Positions 11,811-21,324 of a stretch of DNA of 64,000 nt are shown piece by piece; positions within the stretch are counted from its first letter, which is position 1, and each line of letters starts with the position of its first letter. The notes under the pieces were generated by a model, which had not been told where the DNA came from, did not search any database, and was given only the letters and a program-made list of their open reading frames with translations. The translations under genes were made by a program, and so were the position numbers. The stretch is from the NCBI GenBank assembly GCA_964482465.1, contig CAYZXQ010000010.1, forward strand, positions 780 to 64,779. The letters are read 5' to 3'. The DNA comes from an uncultured Nigerium sp. (GTDB taxonomy: Bacteria; Actinomycetota; Actinomycetes; Propionibacteriales; Propionibacteriaceae).

Positions 11811-13364
11811 GTGACCGACTCGCAGCATCCCGTCATCGTCGTCGACTTCGGGGCCCAGTACGCCCAACTCATCGCGCGGCGGGTCCGCGAGGCGAAGGTG
11901 TTCTCCGAGATCATGCCGCACACGGCGTCCGTCGCCGCGATCATGGCCAAGCGCCCCGCGGCCATCGTGCTGTCCGGCGGCCCCCAGTCGGTCTACGCCG
12001 ACGGCGCGCCGAGCGTCGACCCGGAACTGTTCGCCCAGGGCGTCCCGGTGTTCGGCATCTGCTACGGCTTCCAGGCGATGGCGGACGCTCTCGGCGGACA
12101 GGTCGACAAGACCGGCCTGTCGGAGTTCGGACGCACCCAGACCACCGTCGCCGAGCCCGGGACGCTCCTGGCCGGGCTCCCCGAGACGTTCAACACGTGG
12201 ATGAGCCACGGCGACTCGGTCCACACCAGCCCGCCCGGATTCACCGACCTCGCCTCCACCGCCGGCGCTCCCGTGGCCGCGTTCGAGGACGCGGAGCGTC
12301 GCCTCGCCGGCGTCCAGTGGCATCCCGAGGTGCTGCACTCCGAGCACGGCCAGACGGTGCTCGAGCACTTCCTCTACGACCTCGCCGGGCTGGAGCCCAC
12401 CTGGACGCCCGCGAACATCGTCGAGGAGTCGGTGGCGGCCATCCGCGCCCAGGTGGGAGACAAGCAGGTCCTGTGCGCGCTGTCCGGCGGTGTCGACTCG
12501 GCCGTGGCCGCGGCGCTCGTCCACCGCGCCATCGGCGACCAGCTCACCTGCGCGTTCGTCGATCATGGGCTGCTCCGCAAGGGCGAACGCGAGCAGGTCA
12601 AGGACGACTTCGTCCGGATCACCGGTATCCGGCTGGTGGTCGCGGACGCCGAGGAGCAGTTCCTCAGCGCCCTGGCGGGCGTCAGCGAGCCGGAGACCAA
12701 GCGCAAAATCATCGGCCGGGAGTTCATCCGGACCTTCGAGGCGACGGTCCGCGACATCGCCGACGACCACCACATCGAATTCCTGGTGCAGGGCACGCTC
12801 TACCCCGACGTGGTCGAATCCGGCGGGGGTGAGGGTGCCGCCAACATCAAGAGCCACCACAACGTGGGCGGCCTCCCCGACGACCTCCAGTTCACGCTCA
12901 TCGAGCCGCTGCGGACTCTGTTCAAGGACGAGGTCCGCGCCGTCGGCGAGGAGCTCGGCCTGCCCCACGAGATGGTGTGGCGGCAGCCGTTCCCGGGCCC
13001 GGGGCTCGGCATCCGGATCATCGGCGAGGTGACGCGCGAGCGGCTCGACCTGCTGCGTGAGGCCGATGCCATCGCCCGCGAGGAACTGGCGAACTCCGGC
13101 ATCGAGCGCGACGTGTGGCAGTTCCCGGTGGTGCTGCTCGCCGACGTCCGCAGCGTCGGCGTCCAGGGCGACCAACGCACCTACGGCCACCCGGTCGTGC
13201 TGCGTCCGGTCAGCAGCGAGGACGCCATGACCGCCGACTGGTCGCGGCTGCCCTACGACCTGCTGGAACGCATCAGCACGCGCATCACCAACGAGGTGCG
13301 GGACATCAACCGCGTCGTCCTCGACGTCACGAGCAAGCCGCCGGGCACCATCGAGTGGGAGTGA
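11811..13364 (+). CDS. guaA: GMP synthase (glutamine-hydrolysing)
   Basis: [48 protein letters not shown]. Confidence 0.97.
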   Translation: MTDSQHPVIVVDFGAQYAQLIARRVREAKVFSEIMPHTASVAAIMAKRPAAIVLSGGPQSVYADGAPSVDPELFAQGVPVFGICYGFQAMADALGGQVDKTGLSEFGRTQTTVAEPGTLLAGLPETFNTWMSHGDSVHTSPPGFTDLASTAGAPVAAFEDAERRLAGVQWHPEVLHSEHGQTVLEHFLYDLAGLEPTWTPANIVEESVAAIRAQVGDKQVLCALSGGVDSAVAAALVHRAIGDQLTCAFVDHGLLRKGEREQVKDDFVRITGIRLVVADAEEQFLSALAGVSEPETKRKIIGREFIRTFEATVRDIADDHHIEFLVQGTLYPDVVESGGGEGAANIKSHHNVGGLPDDLQFTLIEPLRTLFKDEVRAVGEELGLPHEMVWRQPFPGPGLGIRIIGEVTRERLDLLREADAIAREELANSGIERDVWQFPVVLLADVRSVGVQGDQRTYGHPVVLRPVSSEDAMTADWSRLPYDLLERISTRITNEVRDINRVVLDVTSKPPGTIEWE

Positions 13365-13778
13365 ATCACCCTCGGACGGGGTAGCCGGCGGGGAGCGCCT
13401 CCCGCCCGCTGACGGAAAGCGGCCTCGGCACGGGCAACTCCGCAGCGGCACGAGCCGATCCGGCCGCGTCCGCGCGACGACCTCGAGCGCCGCTGCGGCC
13501 GACTCGCTCACCGCAGGGTGGGGCCCAGCCCGGTGAAGTCCTCTCGCGCCCGCTGGACAACACCTTCGCGGATCCGCGCCTCGATGAACCCCCGCGCGGA
13601 GTAGAGGACGGCATCGCCGATCCCGACCGCGGGCGGCTCGGGCCGTCCCGGGCGTCGCGTGCGATGGCTTCGGTCAGGGACAGCACCCCTGCGGGTGCGT
13701 CGGCGAACACTGCGCTCGGCAAGCCAGTCATGGGTGCATTCAGTCGGCGTGGCGGCCCTCTCACCTATCCTGGACGCC

Positions 13779-14687
13779 GTGAGTCATCTCCTGCCCACCC
13801 CGCCGATCGCGCCCCTCGTGCGCGCGCTCGCCGGCGTCCAGCGCCGCGTGGGGGAGCAGGTGCGCGCCCGGGTCGCCGGCGAGGACGCCGCCGAGCGCAG
13901 CTACGACATCTGGGGCAAGCCGGGGGAGCGCTGGTTCGTCCCCACCGACCCGGTGTGGCGCGTCCACGCGGACGCCTCGATGTTCGTCGGCGGCATCACG
14001 GCCCTGCTGCTGCAGTCGCTGCATCCGCTCGCGATGGCGGGCGTGGCGGGGCATTCGGGCTACCAGTCCGACCCCTGGGGACGCCTCCAGCGCACCTCCG
14101 ACTACATCGCGATCACCACCTACGGCACGATCCCGGACGCCGAGGCGCTCATCGCCCGCGTGCGCGCCATCCACGACCGCGTCCGCGGCAAGGACTTCCG
14201 CGGCCGCCCCTACCGCGCCGCCGATCCGCATCTGCTCACCTGGATTCACGTCGCCGAGATCTGGAGCTTCCTCGAAGCCTTCCGTCACTACGGCGACGGC
14301 CCCCTCTCGGACGCCGACGCCGACACCTACGTCGCCCAGGCCGGGCAGCCCGCCAAGCTCCTCGGCGTCCCCGAGCCGCCGCGCAGCGTCGCCGAACTGG
14401 ACGCCGTCATCGCCGCCTACCGTCCCGAGCTGGAGGTGTCGCCGGCCGCCACCGAGGCCGCCGACTTCCTGCTGCGGACGCCGCCGCTCACGGGGGTCTC
14501 CCGGCTCGGCTACGGCATGCTGGCCGCCGGGGGCGTCGCGATCATGCCCGACTGGGCCCGCACCTTCCTCGGCCTCAGGGCGACCCCGGGGGCCCCGCTC
14601 GCGGGACGTTTCGGGGCGTCCGCGGTCCGCTGGGGGCTGGCCGGGGTCGAGGACGCCCGCCGCTCCAACCCTCCGCGTCAGGACTGA
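13779..14687 (+). CDS. MpaB/DUF2236 (ER-bound oxygenase-like) family protein
   Basis: LLQSLHPLAMAGVAGHS, PWGRLQRT, YRAADPHLLTWIH; GTG start 7 nt after TATCCT. Confidence 0.85.
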   Translation: MSHLLPTPPIAPLVRALAGVQRRVGEQVRARVAGEDAAERSYDIWGKPGERWFVPTDPVWRVHADASMFVGGITALLLQSLHPLAMAGVAGHSGYQSDPWGRLQRTSDYIAITTYGTIPDAEALIARVRAIHDRVRGKDFRGRPYRAADPHLLTWIHVAEIWSFLEAFRHYGDGPLSDADADTYVAQAGQPAKLLGVPEPPRSVAELDAVIAAYRPELEVSPAATEAADFLLRTPPLTGVSRLGYGMLAAGGVAIMPDWARTFLGLRATPGAPLAGRFGASAVRWGLAGVEDARRSNPPRQD

Positions 14688-15427
14688 CGCAGCCGACCGA
14701 TGACCTCGTCGAGCATCGCCTCGGTGAGGCGGCCGGTGAAGGTGTTCTGCTGGCTCACGTGATAGCTGCCGACGAGCCGCACCGCGCGGCCCGCGGGCGT
14801 CGTCAGCGCCGCTTCCGCCCCGTGCCCGAAGCGCGGCTTGGGGGACGGCACCTCCCAGTCGCACCGCCGCGCGGCGGCCAGCGTGGCGTCCCAGGCGATG
14901 CCGCCGAGCGCCAGGAGGGCGTCCAGGTGCGGAGCCAGGAGCGTCAGTTCGCGGTCGAGCCAGCCCGCGCACGCCGCCACCTCGTCGCTTGTCGGCTTGT
15001 TGGCGGGTGGGGCGCAGTGGGCGGTGGCGGTGATCCGGATGCCGTGCAGCGCCAGCCCGTCGCCCGCGTGCGTCGAAGCGGGTTGCGACGCGAATCCAGC
15101 CCGGTGCAGCCCGGCGTACAGCCAGTCGCCGGAGCGGTCCCCGGTGAACATGCGGCCGGTGCGGTTGGCGCCGTGGGCGGCCGGGGCGAGCCCGACGACC
15201 AGGACACGCGCCCGCGGGTCGCCGAACGAGGGAACCGCGCGGCCCCAGTAGCGCTGGTCGGCGAACGCCGCACGTTTGACCGCCGCCACCTGCTCGCGCC
15301 AGGCCACCAGCCGCGGACAAGCCGCGCAGGCGGCGACGGCGGCGTCCAATGCCGGAAGATCGGGACAGGCGGCGGCGATCCGGGCGATGTCGGACACCGA
15401 CCGCGCGGTCGTGCCGGGGGAGCTCAC
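14678..15427 (-). CDS. udgB: Uracil-DNA glycosylase family 5 (UdgB)
   Basis: CAACPRLVAWRE, GLAPAAHGANRTGRMFTGDRSG, CAPPANKP, YHVSQQNT; GTG start overlaps the upstream stop. Confidence 0.9.
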   Translation of the reverse strand: MSSPGTTARSVSDIARIAAACPDLPALDAAVAACAACPRLVAWREQVAAVKRAAFADQRYWGRAVPSFGDPRARVLVVGLAPAAHGANRTGRMFTGDRSGDWLYAGLHRAGFASQPASTHAGDGLALHGIRITATAHCAPPANKPTSDEVAACAGWLDRELTLLAPHLDALLALGGIAWDATLAAARRCDWEVPSPKPRFGHGAEAALTTPAGRAVRLVGSYHVSQQNTFTGRLTEAMLDEVIGRLRQS

Positions 15428-16032
15428 GCGCCCGGGACCCGGGCGATGATGTGGAAGACGTGCCAGTGCTTGGTGCCGCCGAAGCACGGACCGACGCCGT
15501 CCTCCTCGTCGAACTGCACGACGTCCCAGCCGTCCAACCACCGCTCCACGTCGTCGCGGGTCAGGAGCATGGCCTTGTCGCCGTCGGCAAGCGCGGAGTC
15601 CCGGTCGCCGAACAGGTGGGCGGCAAACCAGCCGCCGGGTCGCAGGGCGCGACGGACGGCGTCCAACACCGTCGGCAGGGCGTCGAACGCGTAGGGCAGG
15701 GCATAGCCGGAATACACCAGGTCGCACGGGGGCAGCTCGGTCAGCTCGCCGAACCGGACGGTGCCAACCTCGAGCCCCTCGCGCCCAGCCCCGCGGGCCC
15801 GGATGCGGTCCACGGTGGTGGGATCGCCGTCGAGGGCGAGGACGCGCCAGCCGGCATCCAGAAACGCCTCGCACTCCACCCCGGCGCCCGCGCCGAGGTC
15901 GACGGCGAGGCGTCCGGCGCCCGGACCGGCGTGCCGCATCGCCGCGACGGCAAGGGGACGCAGCTCGTGCTCGGCTCGGTCGGCGTTGTAGTCGGCCCAG
16001 TCGCGAGCACGAGCGGCGTCCCAGTCGTCCAT
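15424..16032 (-). CDS. Class I SAM-dependent methyltransferase
   Basis: AVDLGAGAG motif I, LRPGG, KHWHVFHIIAR C-terminus. Confidence 0.85.
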   Translation of the reverse strand: MDDWDAARARDWADYNADRAEHELRPLAVAAMRHAGPGAGRLAVDLGAGAGVECEAFLDAGWRVLALDGDPTTVDRIRARGAGREGLEVGTVRFGELTELPPCDLVYSGYALPYAFDALPTVLDAVRRALRPGGWFAAHLFGDRDSALADGDKAMLLTRDDVERWLDGWDVVQFDEEDGVGPCFGGTKHWHVFHIIARVPGA

Positions 16033-16058
16033 GGGGTCAGCCTGCCAGAGGCGGGCGG

Positions 16059-16289
16059 TCAGCGTCCGAGCTGGCTCTTCAGGGAGTCGAAGCCGGTGGG
16101 GCCGCCGTCCTCGTAGGGCAGGATCAGCCACAGCAGGGCGTACACGGGCAGGGCGACCTGGAACAGCAACTGCAGCACGACCGCGCCGATCCGGATGAAC
16201 GTGGCGTCGATCTTGAAGTACTCGGCGAGGCCGCCGCACACGCCTCCGGCGAACTTGTCGGTGCGGCTGCGGGTGAGCTTGGTGGACAT
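16059..16289 (-). CDS. Small PspC-domain protein
   Basis: LTRSRTDKFAGGVCGGLAEYF..D..IR..LWLILP; RBS AAAGGA. Confidence 0.9.
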   Translation of the reverse strand: MSTKLTRSRTDKFAGGVCGGLAEYFKIDATFIRIGAVVLQLLFQVALPVYALLWLILPYEDGGPTGFDSLKSQLGR

Positions 16290-16312
16290 GGGGGTTCCTT
16301 TCGGTGGGTGGA

Positions 16313-16492
16313 TCAGGGCTTGGGGCGGGACACGAGCAGGCCGACGAGGCCGACCAGCACGAGGCAGACGGGGACGGCGACGCCGACCCAGGCCCAGTTG
16401 ACGCTCGCGAACGAGGTCCACAGGCCGAGGGCGGCGCCCAGCAACAAGACGAGCCCCACGACGAGCGCCGTCACGTCGACGCGGGGGTTCAC
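16313..16492 (-). CDS. Small two-TM membrane protein (59 aa)
   Basis: Not in the ORF track; VNPRVDVTALVVGLVLLLGAALGLW...LLVSRPKP*; GTG overlaps the upstream stop (GTGA). Confidence 0.75.
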   Translation of the reverse strand: MNPRVDVTALVVGLVLLLGAALGLWTSFASVNWAWVGVAVPVCLVLVGLVGLLVSRPKP

Positions 16493-17658
16493 GAGGTCAC
16501 CTCCAGGGTGCCGAGGTCGACGGTGACGTCGAGGGTGAGCGTCGGGGCGGAGGGGTCAACGACGCGGCTCCAGTCCGAGGCGATGTCGAATCCGGACGTC
16601 TTTGCCCCCGCCACCGTGGCGGACCCCGCGGACACGGTGTAGCGCACCACGACGTTGCCGGTGGCGGGCACCTGCACGGCGAGGCTGCCGGCGTCGAGGG
16701 AGAGGGCGACGGTCCGGTCGCGGTCGACGGCGACGCCACGAAGATCGACGGTCCGCTCGCCCAGGCCGAGATCGAGCGACTGCGGTAGCGAGGCGGCGGT
16801 GTAGACCGCGGGGGCATGCGGCTTGTTCGGGAGCGTGACCGGTTGCCACGTCACGGGCGCAGCCGAGGCGGCCGTGACGAGGGCGGTGAGCAGCGCCGCG
16901 GGCAGGAGGCCCAGCGGCCGACCGTGCGGGGCGCGGCTCGGGCGGGCCACGAGGATGAGCGCCAGCGCGAGGACGCCGAGCGTCGCGGATGTCCACGCCA
17001 GCGGGGCGACGATCGTGCCGGTGGCCTGGGCCACGGCCAGGGCGGTCCACGCGGCGCCGAGGCCCACCGCCACGAACGACCACGTGCGAAGCCCCGATCG
17101 GCGCCTGGCCGTCCGGAGCGCGGCGGAGTCGGGCGCGGTCGTCCCGGGCGCCGGAGGAAGGGCGAGGGTCCAGTCGGTGGTCCTGCCGTGGGCGACATCG
17201 TCGAGGCGACGTTCCCAGAGCTGGCCCAGCCGCTCGAACTCGGTGCGCGGCTCCGCGCACATCGTCGGACGCGGAGCGGCGGGCGGCTGGCGCATCGCCC
17301 AGCGCGCCAAGAGGATCACCAGCAGCGCCACCACAGCGGCGCCCGGCCCCGACCCCGTGACGATCAGCCCCAGGACCGCAGCGGCGGTCACCACCGACAC
17401 CACGAGTCGCTGCGCGGACCACGTGCGCGTGAAGGGGAGCAGGTCGCGGACCGGCTCGCCGGTGCGACCGCGTTCGGGGATGAGGGCCCACAGCGCAACA
17501 TAGGCGGCGATGCCGAACCCGGAAGTGATGAGCGTCAGCACCACAAACCCCAGCCGCACGAGCAGGGGATCGACACTCCATGCCCGCGCCAGCGCGGCAC
17601 ACACGCCGGCGAGCTTGGCGTCGGCGCGGTCGCGCCAGACGTCGGGCAGATCGGTCAT
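16489..17658 (-). CDS. PspC-domain membrane protein with C-terminal LiaF/toastrack-like domain
   Basis: RDRADAKLAGVCAALA..DPLLVR..LWALIP; C-terminal GLGERTVDLR..DAGSL.V.VP..DLGTLEV. Confidence 0.8.
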   Translation of the reverse strand: MTDLPDVWRDRADAKLAGVCAALARAWSVDPLLVRLGFVVLTLITSGFGIAAYVALWALIPERGRTGEPVRDLLPFTRTWSAQRLVVSVVTAAAVLGLIVTGSGPGAAVVALLVILLARWAMRQPPAAPRPTMCAEPRTEFERLGQLWERRLDDVAHGRTTDWTLALPPAPGTTAPDSAALRTARRRSGLRTWSFVAVGLGAAWTALAVAQATGTIVAPLAWTSATLGVLALALILVARPSRAPHGRPLGLLPAALLTALVTAASAAPVTWQPVTLPNKPHAPAVYTAASLPQSLDLGLGERTVDLRGVAVDRDRTVALSLDAGSLAVQVPATGNVVVRYTVSAGSATVAGAKTSGFDIASDWSRVVDPSAPTLTLDVTVDLGTLEVTS

Positions 17659-17730
17659 GTCCCTCAGTCTCGTCACCTGCGGACGCTCGGCCATCGGGGT
17701 TGCCCCGGGGCGGGTCCTAGGCTAGGACCC

Positions 17731-18981
17731 ATGTCGCTGCCCGAACCCGCCGAGACGCCGCCCGTCGCGCGCGTGCCGGCGCGCGGTTGGGTGGGCGGAG
17801 TGTGCGCCGGGTTGGGCGAGCACCTCGGGGGAAACCCGGCGATCCTCCGCGCGCTGTTCGCGGTCCTGGCGTCGTGGCGGCTGGTCGGCGTGGTCGCCTA
17901 CCTCGTGCTGTGGCTGTTCCTGCCGCGGGCCACGCCCGCCGCGCGCGCCCCCGGACTCGACTCCGCCACCCGCCAGGGTCTACGCGAGGCGTCCGCACCC
18001 GAGCCGGTCCGCCGCGACCTCGGCCAACTGCTGGCGGTGTCCTTGGTCGGGGTCGGGCTGCTGTGGCTGGTCCAGATGCTCGGCTGGGGGCTCGAACCCG
18101 AGTGGCTGGTCATCGGGCTGCTGGCGTCGGCGGGCGTCGGCTGCGTGTGGTGGGTCGCGGACGCCGCCACCGCCCCGGACGCCCGCACCGCCGACGGCTG
18201 GCGGCGCTGGGTGGCGCCCCTGATCGAGCGTCCGACGGCGGTGGGGGCGCTCGTGGTGGGGCTGGCGTCCGTGGCCGTCGCGTTGGGCTGGACCATCGCC
18301 CTGCTGCCCGGGCTGGGCACGGGCGCCCGGGTCGCGGCCGGCATCGGGGTGGCGCTGGCGTCCGCGGGCGTCCTCGTGGCACCGTGGATCGCGCGCGTCA
18401 ACCGGGCGCTGGCGGTGGCGCGGGAGGCCCGGCTGGTGTCGGACGCCCGCGCCGACATGGCCGCCCACCTGCACGACTCCGTCCTGCAGACGCTCGCGCT
18501 CATCCAGCGGCAGGCCGACGATCCGCGCGAGGTCGTCCGGCTGGCCCGCCGCCAGGAACGCGAGCTGCGCGCGTGGCTCTACGGCGAGGCGCGGGCGGCC
18601 GACACCCTCGTCTCCGCGCTCGCCGAGGCCGCCCAGGACGTCGAGGACGACTTCCCGATCGCCGTCGAGTGCGTGACCGTCGGCGACGCCCCCCTCACCC
18701 CTCGCCTGGCCGAGCTCGTCAAGGCCGCCCGCGAGGCGATGCTCAATGCCGCCAAGCACTCCGGCGCCGCCGTCGTCGACGTCTATGCCGAGGTCGAACC
18801 CGATCGTGTCGAGGTGTTCGTCCGGGATCGTGGCTGCGGGTTCGACCCGGACGCCGTCGCCTCCGACCGCATGGGCGTCCGAGGGAGCATCATGGACCGC
18901 ATGACCCGACACGGCGGCGTCGCGCGGATCCGATCCGACCCTGACCGTGGCACCGACGTGAGACTGGAGATGACCCCATGA
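17731..18981 (+). CDS. PspC-domain sensor histidine kinase
   Basis: N-terminal GGVCAGLG PspC; AAHLHDSVLQTLALIQ, EAMLNAAKHSG, DRGCGF. Confidence 0.9.
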   Translation: MSLPEPAETPPVARVPARGWVGGVCAGLGEHLGGNPAILRALFAVLASWRLVGVVAYLVLWLFLPRATPAARAPGLDSATRQGLREASAPEPVRRDLGQLLAVSLVGVGLLWLVQMLGWGLEPEWLVIGLLASAGVGCVWWVADAATAPDARTADGWRRWVAPLIERPTAVGALVVGLASVAVALGWTIALLPGLGTGARVAAGIGVALASAGVLVAPWIARVNRALAVAREARLVSDARADMAAHLHDSVLQTLALIQRQADDPREVVRLARRQERELRAWLYGEARAADTLVSALAEAAQDVEDDFPIAVECVTVGDAPLTPRLAELVKAAREAMLNAAKHSGAAVVDVYAEVEPDRVEVFVRDRGCGFDPDAVASDRMGVRGSIMDRMTRHGGVARIRSDPDRGTDVRLEMTP

Positions 18982-19655
18982 CCGAACCCACGCCCGACCA
19001 GCCGCCCGCCAACCCCCGGCACCGCCGCGTGGTGGTGGTCGACGACCACGCGATGTTCCGCAGCGGCGTGAAGCACGACATCGGGCCGTTCGTGACCATC
19101 GTCGGCGAGGGGGAGGACGTGCCGAGCGCCGTCGCCGTCATCGAGCGCACCGAGCCGGACGTCGTGCTGCTCGATGTCCACATCCCCGGTGGGGGCGGAC
19201 TGGAGGTCATCAAGGCCGTCCATCCGCTGCACCCGGACGTGAAATTCCTTGCCGTGAGCGTGTCCGACGCCGCAGAGGATGTCATCGGGATCATTCGGGC
19301 GGGTGCCCGCGGGTACGTAACCAAGTCGATCTCGGCGTCCGAGCTCGTGGACGCCATCGCGCGCGTCGCCGACGGGGACGCCGTCTTCAGCCCCCGGCTC
19401 GCGGGGTTCGTCCTGGACGCCTTCAGCGGTGCCATCGACGTAGCGTCCATCGACTCCGACCTCGACCGGCTGAGCCAACGCGAGCGCGAGGTGCTGCGGC
19501 TGATCGCGCGGGGTTATGCCTACAAGGAGATCGCGCGGGAGCTGTTCATCTCGATCAAGACCGTCGAGACCCACGTGTCGAGCGTCCTGCGCAAGCTACA
19601 GCTCTCCAACCGCCACCAGCTCACCCGCTGGGCCACCGACCGCCGCCTGGTCTGA
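18978..19655 (+). CDS. NarL/LuxR family response regulator
   Basis: VVDDH, LLDVHIP, GYVTK, LSQREREVL..KTVETH. Confidence 0.95.
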   Translation: MTEPTPDQPPANPRHRRVVVVDDHAMFRSGVKHDIGPFVTIVGEGEDVPSAVAVIERTEPDVVLLDVHIPGGGGLEVIKAVHPLHPDVKFLAVSVSDAAEDVIGIIRAGARGYVTKSISASELVDAIARVADGDAVFSPRLAGFVLDAFSGAIDVASIDSDLDRLSQREREVLRLIARGYAYKEIARELFISIKTVETHVSSVLRKLQLSNRHQLTRWATDRRLV

Positions 19656-19663
19656 AGACGCGA

Positions 19664-19693
19664 CAACGCCCGGGACGAGGGTCCCGGGCGTTG
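19664..19693. terminator. Hairpin between convergent genes
   Basis: CAACGCCCGGGAC-GAGG-GTCCCGGGCGTTG, 13-bp perfect stem. Confidence 0.7.
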
Positions 19694-19711
19694 GGTCGAG
19701 GAACCGGAAGC

Positions 19712-19975
19712 TCAGGCTTTGCGGTTCTTGGTCACGAATCCCCAGATCACCAGCACCAGCAGCGAGCCGGCGATCGCGAGCAGCCACGTCCGCAGTTCGA
19801 AGAACTCGCCGAGGCCGATGTTGAACAGGGCGCTGCCGATGAACCCACCGAGCAGAGCGCCGACGATGCCGAGGACGATGGTGACCAGCCAGCCGCCGCC
19901 CTGAGTCCCGGGCATGATTGCCTTCGCGATGGCCCCAGCGACGAGGCCCAATACGATCCATCCGAGGAAACCCAT
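19712..19975 (-). CDS. GlsB/YeaQ/YmgE family stress membrane protein
   Basis: WIVLGLVAGAIAKAIMPG..LGIVGALLGG. Confidence 0.9.
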   Translation of the reverse strand: MGFLGWIVLGLVAGAIAKAIMPGTQGGGWLVTIVLGIVGALLGGFIGSALFNIGLGEFFELRTWLLAIAGSLLVLVIWGFVTKNRKA

Positions 19976-20054
19976 GCGCGCACGCTAGCCTGCAGGGCTG
20001 CGTTTCCGCTAGTGAATCGCGGATTCTCGGGGAAAGCTCGGGTGAGACCCCGGC

Positions 20055-21287
20055 CTACAGCAGGGGGCGCATCGGCAAGAGGATGGTCTCGGACACCTTC
20101 GCGGCCAGCGGTCGGTTGCGCCACTCCGCCAGCGTGAGCTCGCGGCAGTTGCCGGCGTCCATGTCGAAGATCTCCTCCATGCGGGCCGCGAGGTTGACGT
20201 CCACGACCTCGAGGTTGATCTCGTAGTTGCCCATCAGGCTCAACCGGTCGAGGTTGGCCGTGCCGATCGTCGACCACTGGCCGTCCATGGTGGCGGTCTT
20301 CGCGTGCACCATCGCGCCTTGGTAGAGGAAGAGCCGGACGCCGCGCGTCAGCAGACTCGTGTAGAAGCCGCGGCTCAGCCAGTCGGCGACGATGTGGTTG
20401 GACTCCTCGGGCACGATGATCCGGACGTCCACGCCGCGATCCACGGCCTCGAACAGCGCCCAGGTGAGGTCGTCGTCGGGAATGAGGTAGGCGTGGGTCA
20501 GCCAGATGCGTTCGCGGGCGCGGTCGATCGCCTCCAGGTAGCTGTAGCGGATCGGGTAGACGCCGGAGCTCGGGACGTTCCGCGTCACCTGAATCTCCGA
20601 GCCCCACACGCGGTCCGGCGGGTCGGCCAGCGGCGGCAGCGACTTCGGACGCGTCTGGTTCCAGTAGTCGACGAACGCGTTCTCCAGGTCGGCCACGGCC
20701 GCGCCGCGGATCCGCAGATGGGTGTCGCGCCAGCGGGTCGCGTACACCGAGCCGATGTTGTAGCCGCCGATGTAGCCGGTCTCGCCGTCCACCACGAGCA
20801 GCTTGCGGTGGTTCAGCCCGGGGGGACGCATGACGATGGGGCCGCGCATGCCCGACCACGGCTGGTGCCGCAGCACGTGCACGCTGGGCGGGAACTCGAA
20901 GAAGCTCCGGGGCACCACGAGGTTGCCGAAGACGTCGTAGGCGACGTGGACGTCCACCCCGCGCTCGGCGGCCCGGATCAGCGCGTCCTTGAACTTGCGG
21001 CCGACGCGGTCGTCCTTCCAGATGTAGGTCTCGAAGACGATGCTCGCCTCGGCGCGCTCGATGTCGGCGAGCATCGCGTCGTAGAGGTCGCGACCGCGGG
21101 TGTAGACGGTCACCTGGCCGTCCGCGACATCGACGTCCACCGGAGGACGCGTGGGGAAGACGCTGGTGCGGCGCTGCTGCTTGCGGCGATGGTCCACGAC
21201 GGCCAGGCCCGCCAAGGTGACCGCCTGTGAGGCGAGGAAGGCCCCAACGGCCCACTTCAGGACTCGTGTCACCTGTGGCCTCACCAT
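20055..21287 (-). CDS. cls: Cardiolipin synthase-like phospholipase D
   Basis: Two HKD motifs (NHRKLLVVDG, VHAKTATMDG), GGYNIG, WRDTH, GTANLD; N-terminal TM. Confidence 0.88.
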   Translation of the reverse strand: MVRPQVTRVLKWAVGAFLASQAVTLAGLAVVDHRRKQQRRTSVFPTRPPVDVDVADGQVTVYTRGRDLYDAMLADIERAEASIVFETYIWKDDRVGRKFKDALIRAAERGVDVHVAYDVFGNLVVPRSFFEFPPSVHVLRHQPWSGMRGPIVMRPPGLNHRKLLVVDGETGYIGGYNIGSVYATRWRDTHLRIRGAAVADLENAFVDYWNQTRPKSLPPLADPPDRVWGSEIQVTRNVPSSGVYPIRYSYLEAIDRARERIWLTHAYLIPDDDLTWALFEAVDRGVDVRIIVPEESNHIVADWLSRGFYTSLLTRGVRLFLYQGAMVHAKTATMDGQWSTIGTANLDRLSLMGNYEINLEVVDVNLAARMEEIFDMDAGNCRELTLAEWRNRPLAAKVSETILLPMRPLL

Positions 21288-21324
21288 GGGCGTCACTCTA
21301 GTGGCCGCTAGCATGGCAGCCGCC

